Positions 8,794 through 19,617 are shown, numbered from the stretch's first letter. The stretch is 64,000 nt of DNA from an uncultured Planctomycetales bacterium (GCA_964478715.1 CAYZIY010000003.1:6669-70668); one strand, 5' to 3'. Numbers and translations are program-made. The notes: generated from the letters alone by a model not told the origin.

Positions 8794-10476
8794 ATGTTGA
8801 CGAAAGAATTCATTTTTCAACTGATTGGCGGTTTAGGTCTCTTTTTCTTTGGTATGCGAGCGCTCTCCGAGGGATTAAAAAGAATTGCAGGAGAGCGTCT
8901 CAGGAAGATGTTGGAGGCAGTTACCAAGGTTCCCATTGTCGGTATAATGATAGGAGCCGCCGTTACGTGTCTTATTCAGTCCTCAAGCGCCACTACCGTC
9001 ATGGTTGTTGGTTTTGTCAATGCTGGTTTGCTGGCTCTCAAGCAAGCTATCAGCGTTATTATCGGCGCAAACATTGGAACAACTTTTACAGCTTGGCTTG
9101 TTTCATCCATGTCTGTTTTTAAAGTGACCCAGTATGCCCTTCCGGCCATTGGTATTGGATTTTTCATGATGGCGCTGGCTAGAAATAAAAAAAGAAAATC
9201 CTGGGGAGAGGTGATTTTTGGATTTGGTATTCTTTTCCTTGGCTTGAGCTTCATGAAGGACGCCTTTGATCCATTCAGAAGCAGTGAACAGCTCAAAGAT
9301 ATTTTTGTTCTCTTTAGCGATAATCCCCTCTTGGGTGTTTTAGTCGGGACGATTATCACCATCTTGCTGCAAAGTTCTAGTGCTACGATTGCCATTGTTC
9401 AGGTTCTTGCCTTTAATGGTCTGATCAGTTTTGAATCGGCAGTTCCCTTAATTCTAGGAGATAATATCGGAACGACCATTACGGCTCAAATGGCCGCTAT
9501 CGGCGCGAATCTGAATGCCAGGCGGGCAGCCATGTCGCATTCTCTTTTTAACGTCATTGGCGTTGCTTATATGTTATTCTTCGTCTATTCGGGAATATAT
9601 GTTCGATTTATTAATTATATTATTCCCGGTGAGTTGACTCTTAAAAATATTATGTTTTATATCGCTGTTTCACACAGTTTTTTCAATGTAATGAATGCTC
9701 TTGTTTTCTTACCGCTTATCGGGAGTTTAGCAAAAATAAGCACTTGGATGATTCCTAAGCGCAAAGGAACCATTGAGCCCGGAACTCAGTATTTAGAAAA
9801 ACATTTATTGGAGACCCCGCCAGTTGCCATGCAGCAGGCGCGCAGGGAAATCATTTATATGCTGAGCGTAGCTTCCAAGGCAATTAGAACAGCCGTCGAT
9901 GCCTTCATCAAGGTCGATAATAGAAAAATTCACGATAAAGTCATTGATTATGAGCGTATCACGGATAATCTTCAATCGGAGATCACTCAGTATTTAATCG
10001 AACTCTCGCAACGAGAATTGAGTGAAGAAGAATCCAGGGAGATTCCCGTTCTAATCCATAACGTAAACGATATCGAAAGAATTGGAGACCACTCCGAGAA
10101 TATTGCCGCTTTGGCACAAACGCGACTAGAGGAAAAACTCAATTTTACAGCCGATACAATGGAAGAATTAAAGATCATTTGGTCAGAAGTCGATAGCATG
10201 CTTGAGGAAACAGAAAAAGCTTTACGGGACAGCAGCACGGAAATAGCTCAGAAAATCCTTGAACGAGAAGGAAGAGTGAATGGATTGGAGAATAAATTTA
10301 AGCAAACGCACATTGAGCGTCTCAATAGACGTATTTGCCATCTGAATTCTAATTTCATTTTTCTTGATTTTATTGATAATTTGGAAAAAATCGCTGATCA
10401 TTTAACCAATATCGCCCAGGGTATTATTGGAAAAATGCAGTGGAGCACCTATAAGCAGGGGGAATCTAATGTTTAG
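8794..10476 (+). CDS. Na/Pi cotransporter family protein with C-terminal PhoU-like domains
   Basis: GGLGLFFFGM, QSSSATTVMVVGFV, GANIGTT, second QSSSAT repeat, ERIGDH and LEKIADH PhoU-like motifs. Confidence 0.93.
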   Translation: MLTKEFIFQLIGGLGLFFFGMRALSEGLKRIAGERLRKMLEAVTKVPIVGIMIGAAVTCLIQSSSATTVMVVGFVNAGLLALKQAISVIIGANIGTTFTAWLVSSMSVFKVTQYALPAIGIGFFMMALARNKKRKSWGEVIFGFGILFLGLSFMKDAFDPFRSSEQLKDIFVLFSDNPLLGVLVGTIITILLQSSSATIAIVQVLAFNGLISFESAVPLILGDNIGTTITAQMAAIGANLNARRAAMSHSLFNVIGVAYMLFFVYSGIYVRFINYIIPGELTLKNIMFYIAVSHSFFNVMNALVFLPLIGSLAKISTWMIPKRKGTIEPGTQYLEKHLLETPPVAMQQARREIIYMLSVASKAIRTAVDAFIKVDNRKIHDKVIDYERITDNLQSEITQYLIELSQRELSEEESREIPVLIHNVNDIERIGDHSENIAALAQTRLEEKLNFTADTMEELKIIWSEVDSMLEETEKALRDSSTEIAQKILEREGRVNGLENKFKQTHIERLNRRICHLNSNFIFLDFIDNLEKIADHLTNIAQGIIGKMQWSTYKQGESNV

Positions 10477-10642
10477 TTGGTATTGATATAAAAAGTTGAG
10501 CCTGCTATTTCTTCGTAAGAAAATTATATTCTTTGATTTTCTAGCAATATTCATAATTTTATTTATTGACAAAACACAGTGGAAACTGTTGTGAACAATC
10601 TGCTTATTCAGATATTTGATACAAAATTTTGGAGGAAAAAAC

Positions 10643-11332
10643 ATGATTAAAGGACGGATACTGATTGTTGAGGATGACCGGAACATTTCTCAATTGGTGA
10701 AGTATAATCTAGAAAAGGCAGATTATCCATGCGTTGTTACTATTACCGGAGAGCAGGCTCTCGAAGTTCTTGATCAGCAGGCTATTGATTTGATTATTCT
10801 AGATATCATGTTACCTAAAATGGATGGTTTTCAAACATGTAAGCAAATTAAGAAGAACCAGCGTCTGGCATCGATTCCTATTGTTATGTTGACAGCCAGG
10901 GGGGAAGAGGTCGATCGCATTGTGGGTCTGGAGCTGGGCGCAGATGACTACATTGTTAAACCCTTTTCGCCTCGCGAACTTGTTTTAAGAATTGACGCTA
11001 TTTTACGCCGCGGAAAACCGCAAGAAGAAAGAAAAGATATTCTGACCATAGGTCGCTTAAAGGTAGATCTTCCTCGACATAAGGTTACTTTAGCCCAGAA
11101 GGAGGTGACTTTAACGGCCATGGAATTCAAACTGCTAGTCCTTTTGGTTCATCGCAAAGGACGTGTTCAAACTCGTGATCAACTTCTGACTGATGTCTGG
11201 AATTTGGATGCGGATGTGACCACCCGGACGATCGATACTCATATTAAACGATTAAGGCAAAAACTGGGCAAATGCGGAAAAATAATTCAGACCGTCAGAG
11301 GCTATGGATATAAAATTAAGGATGATCAGTAG
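10643..11332 (+). CDS. phoB: PhoB/PhoP-like OmpR-family response regulator
   Basis: GGAGG RBS; VEDD, LDIMLP, GADDYIVKPF, RTIDTHIKRLR, TVRGYGY; context upstream of phoR and pst genes. Confidence 0.9.
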   Translation: MIKGRILIVEDDRNISQLVKYNLEKADYPCVVTITGEQALEVLDQQAIDLIILDIMLPKMDGFQTCKQIKKNQRLASIPIVMLTARGEEVDRIVGLELGADDYIVKPFSPRELVLRIDAILRRGKPQEERKDILTIGRLKVDLPRHKVTLAQKEVTLTAMEFKLLVLLVHRKGRVQTRDQLLTDVWNLDADVTTRTIDTHIKRLRQKLGKCGKIIQTVRGYGYKIKDDQ

Positions 11333-11334
11333 CT

Positions 11335-13113
11335 TTGCAATTAAAAATTCATTATAAAATTACTCTCATTTTTGTCTTCATACTGGCTCTTATCTTTATT
11401 GGTCTGTTTATTAATCTTAACAAGAATCTAAAGCAAATAACTTTCCAACGTATCAGAGACCGGCTTGCCAAAGAGGCTGCTTTTTCTCAAACCATCCTTG
11501 AAGAATCTCATTTTAGAAATTTTGATTACAAAAAGATTGATGCTCTAGCCGATAAAATCAGCAATGATTTAGAAGTGCGCGTAACGATTATTGACAGGGA
11601 AGGTGTCGTCTGGGGTGATTCAGATCTGGACAATTCACAACTGAAGCAAGTTGAAAATCATCTTTATCGACCCGAAGTCCAAGACGCCATCAGCGATGGT
11701 TTTGGAGAAAGCCGAAGATTTAGCACAACTATTCAGGAAGACATGCTTTATATGGCTTATCCGTTTTCCGTTGATGATCAGGCTGGGGGGATTGTGAGGT
11801 TATCGATACCGTTGATCGAAATTCATATGCTTTCCAATAGCCTCAAGAGACTATTAGCTGTCTCTTTCGTGTGGACCTTTGCTTTGTTTATTCTCGTCAG
11901 TTTTTTTGCTTCTTTGTTTATTTCAAAACCAATCAATAGTATTTCAAGAATTGCGATGAATATTGCCCATGGCGATTTCTCGCAAAAGGCGTTAGTAAAT
12001 AGCAAGGATGAAATAGGCGATTTGGCCAAGGCTGTCAATGAGATGTCGGAGCAAATCCGATTACGGATTGAAGAAATAACGGCGAGTCGAACCCGCCTTG
12101 AAGCGGTTTTTTTGAGCATGTTTGAAGGCGTTATGATTGTTGATGCTAAAGGCTTAATCATACTCGTTAATCAATCTCTCAAAGATTTTTTGGGTATCAA
12201 CGAGGATCCTTTAGGTAAAAGACCTTTGGAAGTTGTGAGAAACTTGGAGATTCAGGAAGTAGCAGATAATGTGTTGTATCTAAAAGAAGGGATTGAATCA
12301 AGAGAATTGACGGTTCTTATTTCAGATCAGGAAAAAACACTTCTCATTCACGGCGCTCCCATCCAAAGAAAAGGTCATAATGAGGGTGCAGTTTTAGTCT
12401 TTCACGACATAACAGAAATCCGCTGTCTTGAAAAAATTCGTCAGGATTTTGTAGCCAATGTATCACATGAACTTAGAACGCCGGTCACTAATATTAAAGG
12501 CTACGCTGAAACATTAATTGAGGGTGCTTTAAGAGATAAAAAGAATGCTGAATCTTTTTTGAAAATTATTTATCGAGAATCCAGTAGGCTGGCAAATTTG
12601 ATTAGCGATTTGCTGGATTTGACGCAGATCGAAACAGGAAAACTTAAATTATCGCTTAGCGAATGCTCCCTTTATCCAATTGTTGAGCGTGTTCTTGCTG
12701 GGCTGAGCATAAAAATGAAAGAAAAAAATTTGACTGTAAAAAATGAAATAACTCAGGATTTACCCAAAGTTAAAGTGGATGTTGTAAGTGTTACGCAGGT
12801 TTTTTTAAATCTTATTGAGAATGCTATAAAATATAATCAAGAGAATGGGGAAATTATTATCACAGCCAAAGAATCCAATGGACAGGTGAAAATTTTTATA
12901 AAAGATACTGGTATTGGGATACCGGAAAAAGATATTCCGAGGATTTTTGAGCGTTTTTACCGCGTGGATAAGGCTCGTTCCAGAGAGATGGGAGGGACTG
13001 GTCTTGGCTTATCCATTGTCAAGCATATTATCCAGGCTCATCATGGGGAAATATTCGTAAATAGTGAATTAACTAAGGGTTCCGAGTTTTCATTTACTCT
13101 TTACAAAGCTTAA
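11335..13113 (+). CDS. phoR: PhoR-like sensor histidine kinase (TM-HAMP-PAS-HisKA-HATPase)
   Basis: ENHLYRPEV, DFVANVSHELRTP, NLIENAIKY, FERFYRVDKARSREMGGTGLGLSIVKH. Confidence 0.92.
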   Translation: MQLKIHYKITLIFVFILALIFIGLFINLNKNLKQITFQRIRDRLAKEAAFSQTILEESHFRNFDYKKIDALADKISNDLEVRVTIIDREGVVWGDSDLDNSQLKQVENHLYRPEVQDAISDGFGESRRFSTTIQEDMLYMAYPFSVDDQAGGIVRLSIPLIEIHMLSNSLKRLLAVSFVWTFALFILVSFFASLFISKPINSISRIAMNIAHGDFSQKALVNSKDEIGDLAKAVNEMSEQIRLRIEEITASRTRLEAVFLSMFEGVMIVDAKGLIILVNQSLKDFLGINEDPLGKRPLEVVRNLEIQEVADNVLYLKEGIESRELTVLISDQEKTLLIHGAPIQRKGHNEGAVLVFHDITEIRCLEKIRQDFVANVSHELRTPVTNIKGYAETLIEGALRDKKNAESFLKIIYRESSRLANLISDLLDLTQIETGKLKLSLSECSLYPIVERVLAGLSIKMKEKNLTVKNEITQDLPKVKVDVVSVTQVFLNLIENAIKYNQENGEIIITAKESNGQVKIFIKDTGIGIPEKDIPRIFERFYRVDKARSREMGGTGLGLSIVKHIIQAHHGEIFVNSELTKGSEFSFTLYKA

Positions 13114-13132
13114 AACTGCTTGATTCTCTAAG

Positions 13133-13185
13133 TTTACATTTCTTTTTCTACATTTCACAGAAAGTTCACACAAATTACTTATATT
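13133..13185 (+). promoter_or_regulatory. Putative Pho box and -10 element
   Basis: TTCACA at 13154 and 13165 (11-bp period), TTTACA at 13133, TATATT at 13180; matches the PhoP/PhoB-type TT(A/T/C)ACA direct repeat; lies ahead of the porin-pst operon. Confidence 0.65.
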
Positions 13186-13235
13186 CCTCATATTTTCCTA
13201 CTATAAAGAATTTAGCTTGAATTAAAAGAAGGGAG

Positions 13236-13445
13236 GTGAAGAAAGATATCCTTCAAGTTATGACATCTTTAGATAGACATTATATTATTTCACGGTTGCA
13301 AAATGAGATTCAACATTTAGAGAATCTACTTATAGATATTCAGAATATTAAAGATAAAAACCGTGGTGAGTGTCATTATATTTCCAGATCCTTAGAGGGG
13401 GCGGAAGTAAATTTAAGGATTCTCAGGAAGTTTATTAACAGTTAA
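13236..13445 (+). CDS. Small helical hypothetical protein
   Basis: 69-aa ORF with heptad-like pattern between Pho box and porin; start uncertain (GTG 13236 or ATG 13260). Confidence 0.5.
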   Translation: MKKDILQVMTSLDRHYIISRLQNEIQHLENLLIDIQNIKDKNRGECHYISRSLEGAEVNLRILRKFINS

Positions 13446-13458
13446 TTGGGAGGTTTAT

Positions 13459-14745
13459 ATGAAAAGAGTTTTGTTTTTATCAAGTCTCATAATAAGCATT
13501 ATTGTCGGAAGTGCGTCTTTGTCTTTGGCCGGAGGCGAAATAGATGTGCTGGTTAATAAGTTGGTTGAAAAAGGTATCCTGACCCCGCTTGAGGCTCAAG
13601 TCATTCTTGATGAAACGAAGGTCGAAGTTTCTAAATCCATATCGGAACAAGACCACTCAACATTGCCCTCTTGGATTCAAAAAATAAAACTAAGCGGTGA
13701 CTTTCGCTTAAGACATCAATATGAGCGAAAAGCCAATGAACTTCAATCGAGAAACAGGGGGCGGATTCGTTATCGCCTGGGCATCGATGCGAAGATTTTT
13801 AATAATTTGAAAGTAGGCGCTGGATTAGCTTCGGGAGGTGATGACCCTCGATCTACAAATCAAACATTCGATGATAGCTTTGATACGGGTGATATCCGGC
13901 TTGATTATGCTTATGCGGAATATATGCCTACACGATGGTCTTCGGTTATCGGAGGAAAGTTCAAAAGGAAGGACTATCTCTGGGCCCCAACCGATCTTTT
14001 ATGGGATGGGGACATTAATCCCGAAGGTGGCTCTTTAGCGCTTTTCAATACTTTTGACTTTGAACCCGAATTGGATTGGTTTATTAATAGTGGAATCTGG
14101 GTGGTGGAAGAACTCAATAGCGATAATGATTCCGTTATTCAAGAAAGCGGGTTGGAAGACGATGTCGATCCATTTATGACTTATGTGCAGGGTGGTTTAA
14201 AATGGGCCGATGAAAACCTGGATGTCAAAGCAGCCGCCATCTATTACGGCTTCAATGGATTTCAGGGAGTTGATTTTCCATGGAGCAAAGACACCAACAC
14301 AAAATTTGGCGGTTCACCCGGATTTTTAGTTTATGATTATGATTCCTACGGATTTTCTGCTGAATTCGGGATGAAAGAACCTCTGAATATTACTTTTTTT
14401 GAGCGAGTAGCTGTGTTTGGAGACTATATTAATAATGTCGATCCGGAGGCGGATCATGCTGGGTGGGCAGCTGGACTCAAATTCGGCAATAAAAAAATCA
14501 AAGAACCAGGACAATGGCAGTGCAAGTATACTTATTCCTGGCTACAAAAAGATGCCTGGCCGGATATATTTCCGGATTCCGATCGCTATGGGGGCTCGAC
14601 CGATGTCAAAGGTCACGAAGCTGCCTTTAGCTATGGTTTAATGAACAACGTGACACTGGGATTCGATTATTATAATACAGACAAAATTGTAGGTACTTCT
14701 CAAAAAGAACATCTGGCACAGACGGATATCCTTATCAAGTTCTAG
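13459..14745 (+). CDS. Putative outer-membrane porin (Porin_5-like)
   Basis: Signal peptide, LVNKLVEKGILT N-domain, GDFRLR, amphipathic beta strands, C-terminal Phe; upstream of pstS. Confidence 0.8.
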   Translation: MKRVLFLSSLIISIIVGSASLSLAGGEIDVLVNKLVEKGILTPLEAQVILDETKVEVSKSISEQDHSTLPSWIQKIKLSGDFRLRHQYERKANELQSRNRGRIRYRLGIDAKIFNNLKVGAGLASGGDDPRSTNQTFDDSFDTGDIRLDYAYAEYMPTRWSSVIGGKFKRKDYLWAPTDLLWDGDINPEGGSLALFNTFDFEPELDWFINSGIWVVEELNSDNDSVIQESGLEDDVDPFMTYVQGGLKWADENLDVKAAAIYYGFNGFQGVDFPWSKDTNTKFGGSPGFLVYDYDSYGFSAEFGMKEPLNITFFERVAVFGDYINNVDPEADHAGWAAGLKFGNKKIKEPGQWQCKYTYSWLQKDAWPDIFPDSDRYGGSTDVKGHEAAFSYGLMNNVTLGFDYYNTDKIVGTSQKEHLAQTDILIKF

Positions 14746-14812
14746 AAGAGTACTAGAAGGGGATATTTTTGTTTTTTTAAATAAGAGATATGATAAGAAA
14801 GGAGCTATAAAC

Positions 14813-15688
14813 ATGAAGAAAATTACCAGAATTGTACTAGCGACAGGAATGGCCTTATTCTTTGCGGTAGCGGTTTGCCGGGCGGATATGATTCAGATTA
14901 AGGGATCTGACACCCTGATCAATCTTGTTCAAAGATTATCAGAAGTTTATATGTATCAAAATCCAGGCAAAGTTATTGCCATTACCGGTGGAGGATCCGG
15001 AACGGGGATCGCGGCTCTTATTAATGGAAAATGCGATATCGCCAATGCCTCTCGTTTGATGAAAGCCAAAGAAGTTGACCAGGCCAATAGTGCCGGAGTT
15101 AATCCCCAAAGAGTGGTTATTGCTATGGACGGCCTGAGTGTTATTGTTAATTCCAATAATTCTGTCAGTCAGTTGACTATTGATCAGCTCGGAAAGATTT
15201 TTCGTGGTGAAGTTACCAATTGGTCTGAAATTGGTGGAAATGATATGCCTATTACGCTTTATGGCAGACAATCCAATTCCGGTACTTTCGTTTTTTTCCG
15301 TGAACAAGTCGTTAAGGGAGATTATTCCCAGAAAATGAATAGAATGAACGGAAATGCTCAAATCGTGGAAGCTGTCAAGCAGGATGCTTCCGGCATCGGG
15401 TATGTCGGGGTTGGCTATGTTAAAGAAGCCACCGGTATTTCGGTCTTAAAGGTTGCTGCTCGTGCCGGAGCTCCTTACGCCTCTCCGTTAAATTCGGATG
15501 AAGTTAAAAGCGGTGTCTATCCCATTGCCAGACCTTTAAATCAGTATGTGAACGGAATGCCTTCTGGAGCTGTACGGGATTTTATTGCTTTTGAGCTGTC
15601 TTCGGAAGGGCAGAAGATTGTTGAGGAAGAAGGCTTTTTTCCGCTTCCTCCGGAGTATCGGGAATATAATCAAAGATTAGAATTTTAA
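14813..15688 (+). CDS. pstS: Phosphate ABC transporter substrate-binding protein
   Basis: IKGSDT, GGGSGTG, IANASR, RQSNSGT, YPIARPL. Confidence 0.95.
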   Translation: MKKITRIVLATGMALFFAVAVCRADMIQIKGSDTLINLVQRLSEVYMYQNPGKVIAITGGGSGTGIAALINGKCDIANASRLMKAKEVDQANSAGVNPQRVVIAMDGLSVIVNSNNSVSQLTIDQLGKIFRGEVTNWSEIGGNDMPITLYGRQSNSGTFVFFREQVVKGDYSQKMNRMNGNAQIVEAVKQDASGIGYVGVGYVKEATGISVLKVAARAGAPYASPLNSDEVKSGVYPIARPLNQYVNGMPSGAVRDFIAFELSSEGQKIVEEEGFFPLPPEYREYNQRLEF

Positions 15689-15761
15689 GAAAATCAATAA
15701 TAAAATTGTTTGGCTAAACTATAATTGATGATCCTTAAAAAGAAAAAGAGGCCATGTATTG

Positions 15762-16643
15762 ATGAATACAAGAGTAAAAGATAATATTATCCATGGCCTC
15801 TTTTTCTTTAATGGGATTATTGTTGTCTTTGTTCTTTTAGGGATTTTTTCTCTGCTGGTTTATACGTCTGTACCGGCGTTCAAGGAAATCAATCTTCTGG
15901 AATTTCTGACCGGAACTGTATGGAATCCGACCTCTTTTACAAAAGAGGTTTACGGGATTGTTCCTATGCTAGTCAGTACGTTTATGATTACTCTGGGGGC
16001 TTTAGTCATTGCGATTCCTCTGGGCATCGGTACAGCGGCATATCTGTCCGATGTGGCCAGTCCGCGAGTCAGGGAAATCACAAAACCTATTGTTGAGATA
16101 TTGGCTTCAATCCCATCGGTTGTTATCGGTTTTTTGGGTATTGTCCTTGTCGGACCTTTGATTTCCAAAATATTTAATACAAATAATGGATTGAATGCTG
16201 TTAATGGATCGATTTTGCTTGCCGTTATGGCGCTGCCAACAATTATTAGTATTTCTGAAGATGCCTTACGCAGCGTGCCGGCCTCCTATGAGCAGGCTTC
16301 GTTCGCATTGGGCGCGACAAAATGGCAGACTGTTATTAAAGTTAAAGTGCCGGCGGCTTTATCCGGCATTATCGCTGCCTCTATGTTGGGAATGGGTCGG
16401 GCCATCGGAGAGACTATGACCGTATTAATGGCTACCGGTTGCGCACCGGCTATGCCGGAAAGTTTTCTGGATTCTGTTCGCACCATGACGGCGACGATTG
16501 CTATTGAATTAGGTGAAGTTCCTTACAATACGACACATTATTATGCTCTATTCGGAGTTGGTCTCGTTCTTTTTATCATTACTTTTTTTATTAATCTAAT
16601 TTCAGACATCATTTTACATAAACACGAAAAAGTTAATCGATGA
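15762..16643 (+). CDS. pstC: Phosphate ABC transporter permease
   Basis: EILASIPSVVIG, LGATKWQT, GRAIGETM. Confidence 0.95.
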   Translation: MNTRVKDNIIHGLFFFNGIIVVFVLLGIFSLLVYTSVPAFKEINLLEFLTGTVWNPTSFTKEVYGIVPMLVSTFMITLGALVIAIPLGIGTAAYLSDVASPRVREITKPIVEILASIPSVVIGFLGIVLVGPLISKIFNTNNGLNAVNGSILLAVMALPTIISISEDALRSVPASYEQASFALGATKWQTVIKVKVPAALSGIIAASMLGMGRAIGETMTVLMATGCAPAMPESFLDSVRTMTATIAIELGEVPYNTTHYYALFGVGLVLFIITFFINLISDIILHKHEKVNR

Positions 16644-17494
16644 AACCTAAGAAAGTCGAACAATTTGTTGGGTTTTTATTTTTAAGATCTTGCATGTTTT
16701 TTGTCCTCTTGGCTCTTTTTGTCATTTTATATGATATTTTCACTAAAGGATCGGGGATTATCAACTGGGAATTCTTAAGCCAGATGCCGCGTAAGGGAAT
16801 GACCGAGGGTGGCATTTTTCCGGCGGTTGTAGGAACTTTTTATGTTACCATTATAACAGCAATCCTAGCTATTCCTTTAGGCATGGGATGCGCAATTTAT
16901 CTCAATGAGTATGCTATAGAAAATAAGATTACCAGACTTATCAGAATGTCGATCCGTAATTTATCAGGTGTTCCTTCAATTGTTTACGGGTTATTTGGCG
17001 TTGTGCTTTTCGTGCAAATGTTGAATTTGGACACCTCGATTCTCTCAGCTGGATTGACTTTGGGCTTGATGACTCTACCTTGGACAATCACGGCTTCCGA
17101 AGAAGCCTTAAAGGCAGTTCCTGATTCCTACCGGGAAGGATCTCTAGCGCTTGGGGCTTCCAAATGGCAGACGATCTGGACCAATGTTTTACCTTACGCT
17201 ATTCCGGGTATGCTCACAGGGACCATTTTGGGGCTGGCTAGAGCTGCTGGAGAAACAGCCCCGATTCTTTTTACTGGAGCGGCCTTCTTTCTGCCGTTTT
17301 TGCCAAAATCCTGGTCAGACCAATTTATGGCTCTACCGTATCATTTGTATATTATGGCCACTCAGCATCATGCTATTGCCAGGGTGAGGCCGATTGCCTA
17401 TGGGACAGCACTGGTTTTGATTGTTTTGGTTTTTGGGATGAATTTATTTGCTATAATACTGCGTTATCGGTTAAGAAAGGTTAGAAAGGAATGA
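16640..17494 (+). CDS. pstA: Phosphate ABC transporter permease
   Basis: [33 protein letters not shown]. Confidence 0.95.
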   Translation: MKPKKVEQFVGFLFLRSCMFFVLLALFVILYDIFTKGSGIINWEFLSQMPRKGMTEGGIFPAVVGTFYVTIITAILAIPLGMGCAIYLNEYAIENKITRLIRMSIRNLSGVPSIVYGLFGVVLFVQMLNLDTSILSAGLTLGLMTLPWTITASEEALKAVPDSYREGSLALGASKWQTIWTNVLPYAIPGMLTGTILGLARAAGETAPILFTGAAFFLPFLPKSWSDQFMALPYHLYIMATQHHAIARVRPIAYGTALVLIVLVFGMNLFAIILRYRLRKVRKE

Positions 17495-18339
17495 CAACGT
17501 TGGAAAAGAGAGAGAAACGTATAAATAATATCCAGATACGGATTGAAAAGAATGAAAACCAATCCGATGAATCCATCGATCAAGGCATTTTGAAAATTCA
17601 AACCAAAGATTTTAATTTCTATTATGGAGATGTGCAGGCTCTCAAAAATATAAACATCGATGTATATCGCAATACAGTTGCGGGTATTATTGGTCCTTCG
17701 GGTTGCGGCAAATCAACATTTCTGCGTTGTATCAATCGCATGAACGATATTATTCCGAATATCAAATGCGAAGGGAAAATCAATATTGATAATAAGAATA
17801 TTTATGATGACGATATTGATGTGGTTGATTTAAGAAGAAAAGTTGGCATGGTTTTTCAGAAATCCAATCCTTTTCCCAAGTCTATTTTTGATAATGTGGC
17901 CTATGGGTTGCGGATTAACGGAATTCGAGATGCGAATTTTATCAGACAGAGAGTTGAAAAGAGCTTGCGGGATGCGGCTATATGGGATGAAATTAAAGAT
18001 CGTTTTAATAAAAGTGCATTTGAACTCTCCGGAGGACAACAGCAGCGGTTATGTATCGCTAGGGCTCTTGCTGTTCAGCCAGAGATTTTGCTCTTAGACG
18101 AGCCGGCTTCCGCACTGGATCCTATCGCTACGTCTAAAATCGAGGAACTCATTCATGAACTGAAGAAGAAATACACGATCGTTATTGTGACCCACAACAT
18201 GCAGCAAGCGGCCCGTGTTTCAGATTACACGGCTTTCTTTATGCTGGGAGAATTAATTGAGTATGATACATCGACCAGAATATTTACTAATCCATCGAAT
18301 AAGATCACCGAAGATTATGTGACGGGGAGATTTGGTTAA
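17491..18339 (+). CDS. pstB: Phosphate ABC transporter ATPase
   Basis: [53 protein letters not shown]. Confidence 0.97.
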   Translation: MTTLEKREKRINNIQIRIEKNENQSDESIDQGILKIQTKDFNFYYGDVQALKNINIDVYRNTVAGIIGPSGCGKSTFLRCINRMNDIIPNIKCEGKINIDNKNIYDDDIDVVDLRRKVGMVFQKSNPFPKSIFDNVAYGLRINGIRDANFIRQRVEKSLRDAAIWDEIKDRFNKSAFELSGGQQQRLCIARALAVQPEILLLDEPASALDPIATSKIEELIHELKKKYTIVIVTHNMQQAARVSDYTAFFMLGELIEYDTSTRIFTNPSNKITEDYVTGRFG

Positions 18340-18342
18340 ACT

Positions 18343-19428
18343 ATGAAGAGCATACTTTTTGTGTGTATTGAAAATTCTTGCCGAAGCCAAATGGCGGAAG
18401 GATTCGCCCGTCATTTAGGGAAAGGCATTGTTGTCGTAGACAGCGCCGGATCCAATCCCGCATCAAGCGTTGATTCTCTGGCTGTTGAAGCAATGAGGGA
18501 GGTAGGGATTGATATTTCAAAAAGACATTCTAAAGGATTTCATCAACTGACTTCTAAGAATTATAACTATGTGATAACATTAGGATGTAAAGATAAATGT
18601 CCTTTTTTGCCAGCAGACAAAAATTTTGACTGGAATATTTGTGACCCCAAAGGTGAAGATTTAGAAATCTACAGAATTGTTCGCAATGAGATTCAAGAAC
18701 ATGTCCGCGCCTTAATCAGTGAGATCACTATGGAAAATACAAAATTGGAAAGAGCAAGGAATGAAAGACATATTGATGAAGAGCTGGATAAGCTGAATAC
18801 AAACTTGCTGAAAATGGCTACGCTAACCGAAGAAGCGATTCATAAGTCCATCGAATCTCTAAAGGAACGCAATAGAGAGCTAGCTGAGCTGACAATCGAA
18901 AATGATAAAAAGATTGACGAGCTTGAAAATATAATTGAAGAAGGCTGTATTGAGCTTTTAGCTTTATTTCAGCCGGTAGCCAAAGACCTTCGTTTTATCA
19001 CAACGGGAATGCGAATCAATATGGAATTAGAGCGCATAGGCGATCTTACGGTTAATATTTGTCAGCGGGTAATCGAAATAGCAGATTATCCTCTTGTTAA
19101 ACCACTGGTTGATATTCCAAAATTAGCTGAAAATTCTAAACATATGGTTAAATTAGCTATCGATTCATTCGTTCGCCATGATCAGCAACTTGCTAAGCAA
19201 GTTATTTTTAGCGATGGGGAGTCGAATCGACTCAGAACGTCTATTATTGAAGAACTCGTTCATGAATATATGGTGAAAGACGGATCTATTTGTCCCCGTG
19301 CCGTTCCCTTGCTTCTTATCGCCCGAGACTTAGAGCGCATTTCCGATCACGCTTCCTCGATCGCCGAAGATGTGATCTACATGATTCAGGCAAAAATTGT
19401 TAAGCATCACCCCGAACGTCTTGCCTGA
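18343..19428 (+). CDS. phoU: ArsC (LMW-PTP fold arsenate reductase)-PhoU fusion protein
   Basis: N-part FVCIENSCRSQMAEG, ITLGCKDKCP, WNICDP; C-part QPVAKDLR, ELERIGD, DLERISDHA; single frame. Confidence 0.88.
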   Translation: MKSILFVCIENSCRSQMAEGFARHLGKGIVVVDSAGSNPASSVDSLAVEAMREVGIDISKRHSKGFHQLTSKNYNYVITLGCKDKCPFLPADKNFDWNICDPKGEDLEIYRIVRNEIQEHVRALISEITMENTKLERARNERHIDEELDKLNTNLLKMATLTEEAIHKSIESLKERNRELAELTIENDKKIDELENIIEEGCIELLALFQPVAKDLRFITTGMRINMELERIGDLTVNICQRVIEIADYPLVKPLVDIPKLAENSKHMVKLAIDSFVRHDQQLAKQVIFSDGESNRLRTSIIEELVHEYMVKDGSICPRAVPLLLIARDLERISDHASSIAEDVIYMIQAKIVKHHPERLA

Positions 19429-19561
19429 TTCTTCTTTTCGAATTTTTTCCAAACGTATACGATGTTGATTTTGCCATTAGTTATCTACTAGACATTATCA
19501 TGAAAGATAGGCAACAGAAGGTTTGTTGTATTGATGAGCCTATTTTGAGTCTGGATTTTGC

Positions 19562-19590
19562 TTGCTTTTAAGCAAAGAGGGCATTATATT
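19562..19590 (+). promoter_or_regulatory. Putative sigma70 promoter
   Basis: TTGCTT-17nt-TATATT. Confidence 0.45.
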
Positions 19591-19617
19591 AAAATTTAGA
19601 AAATTCTGGACAAAGAC

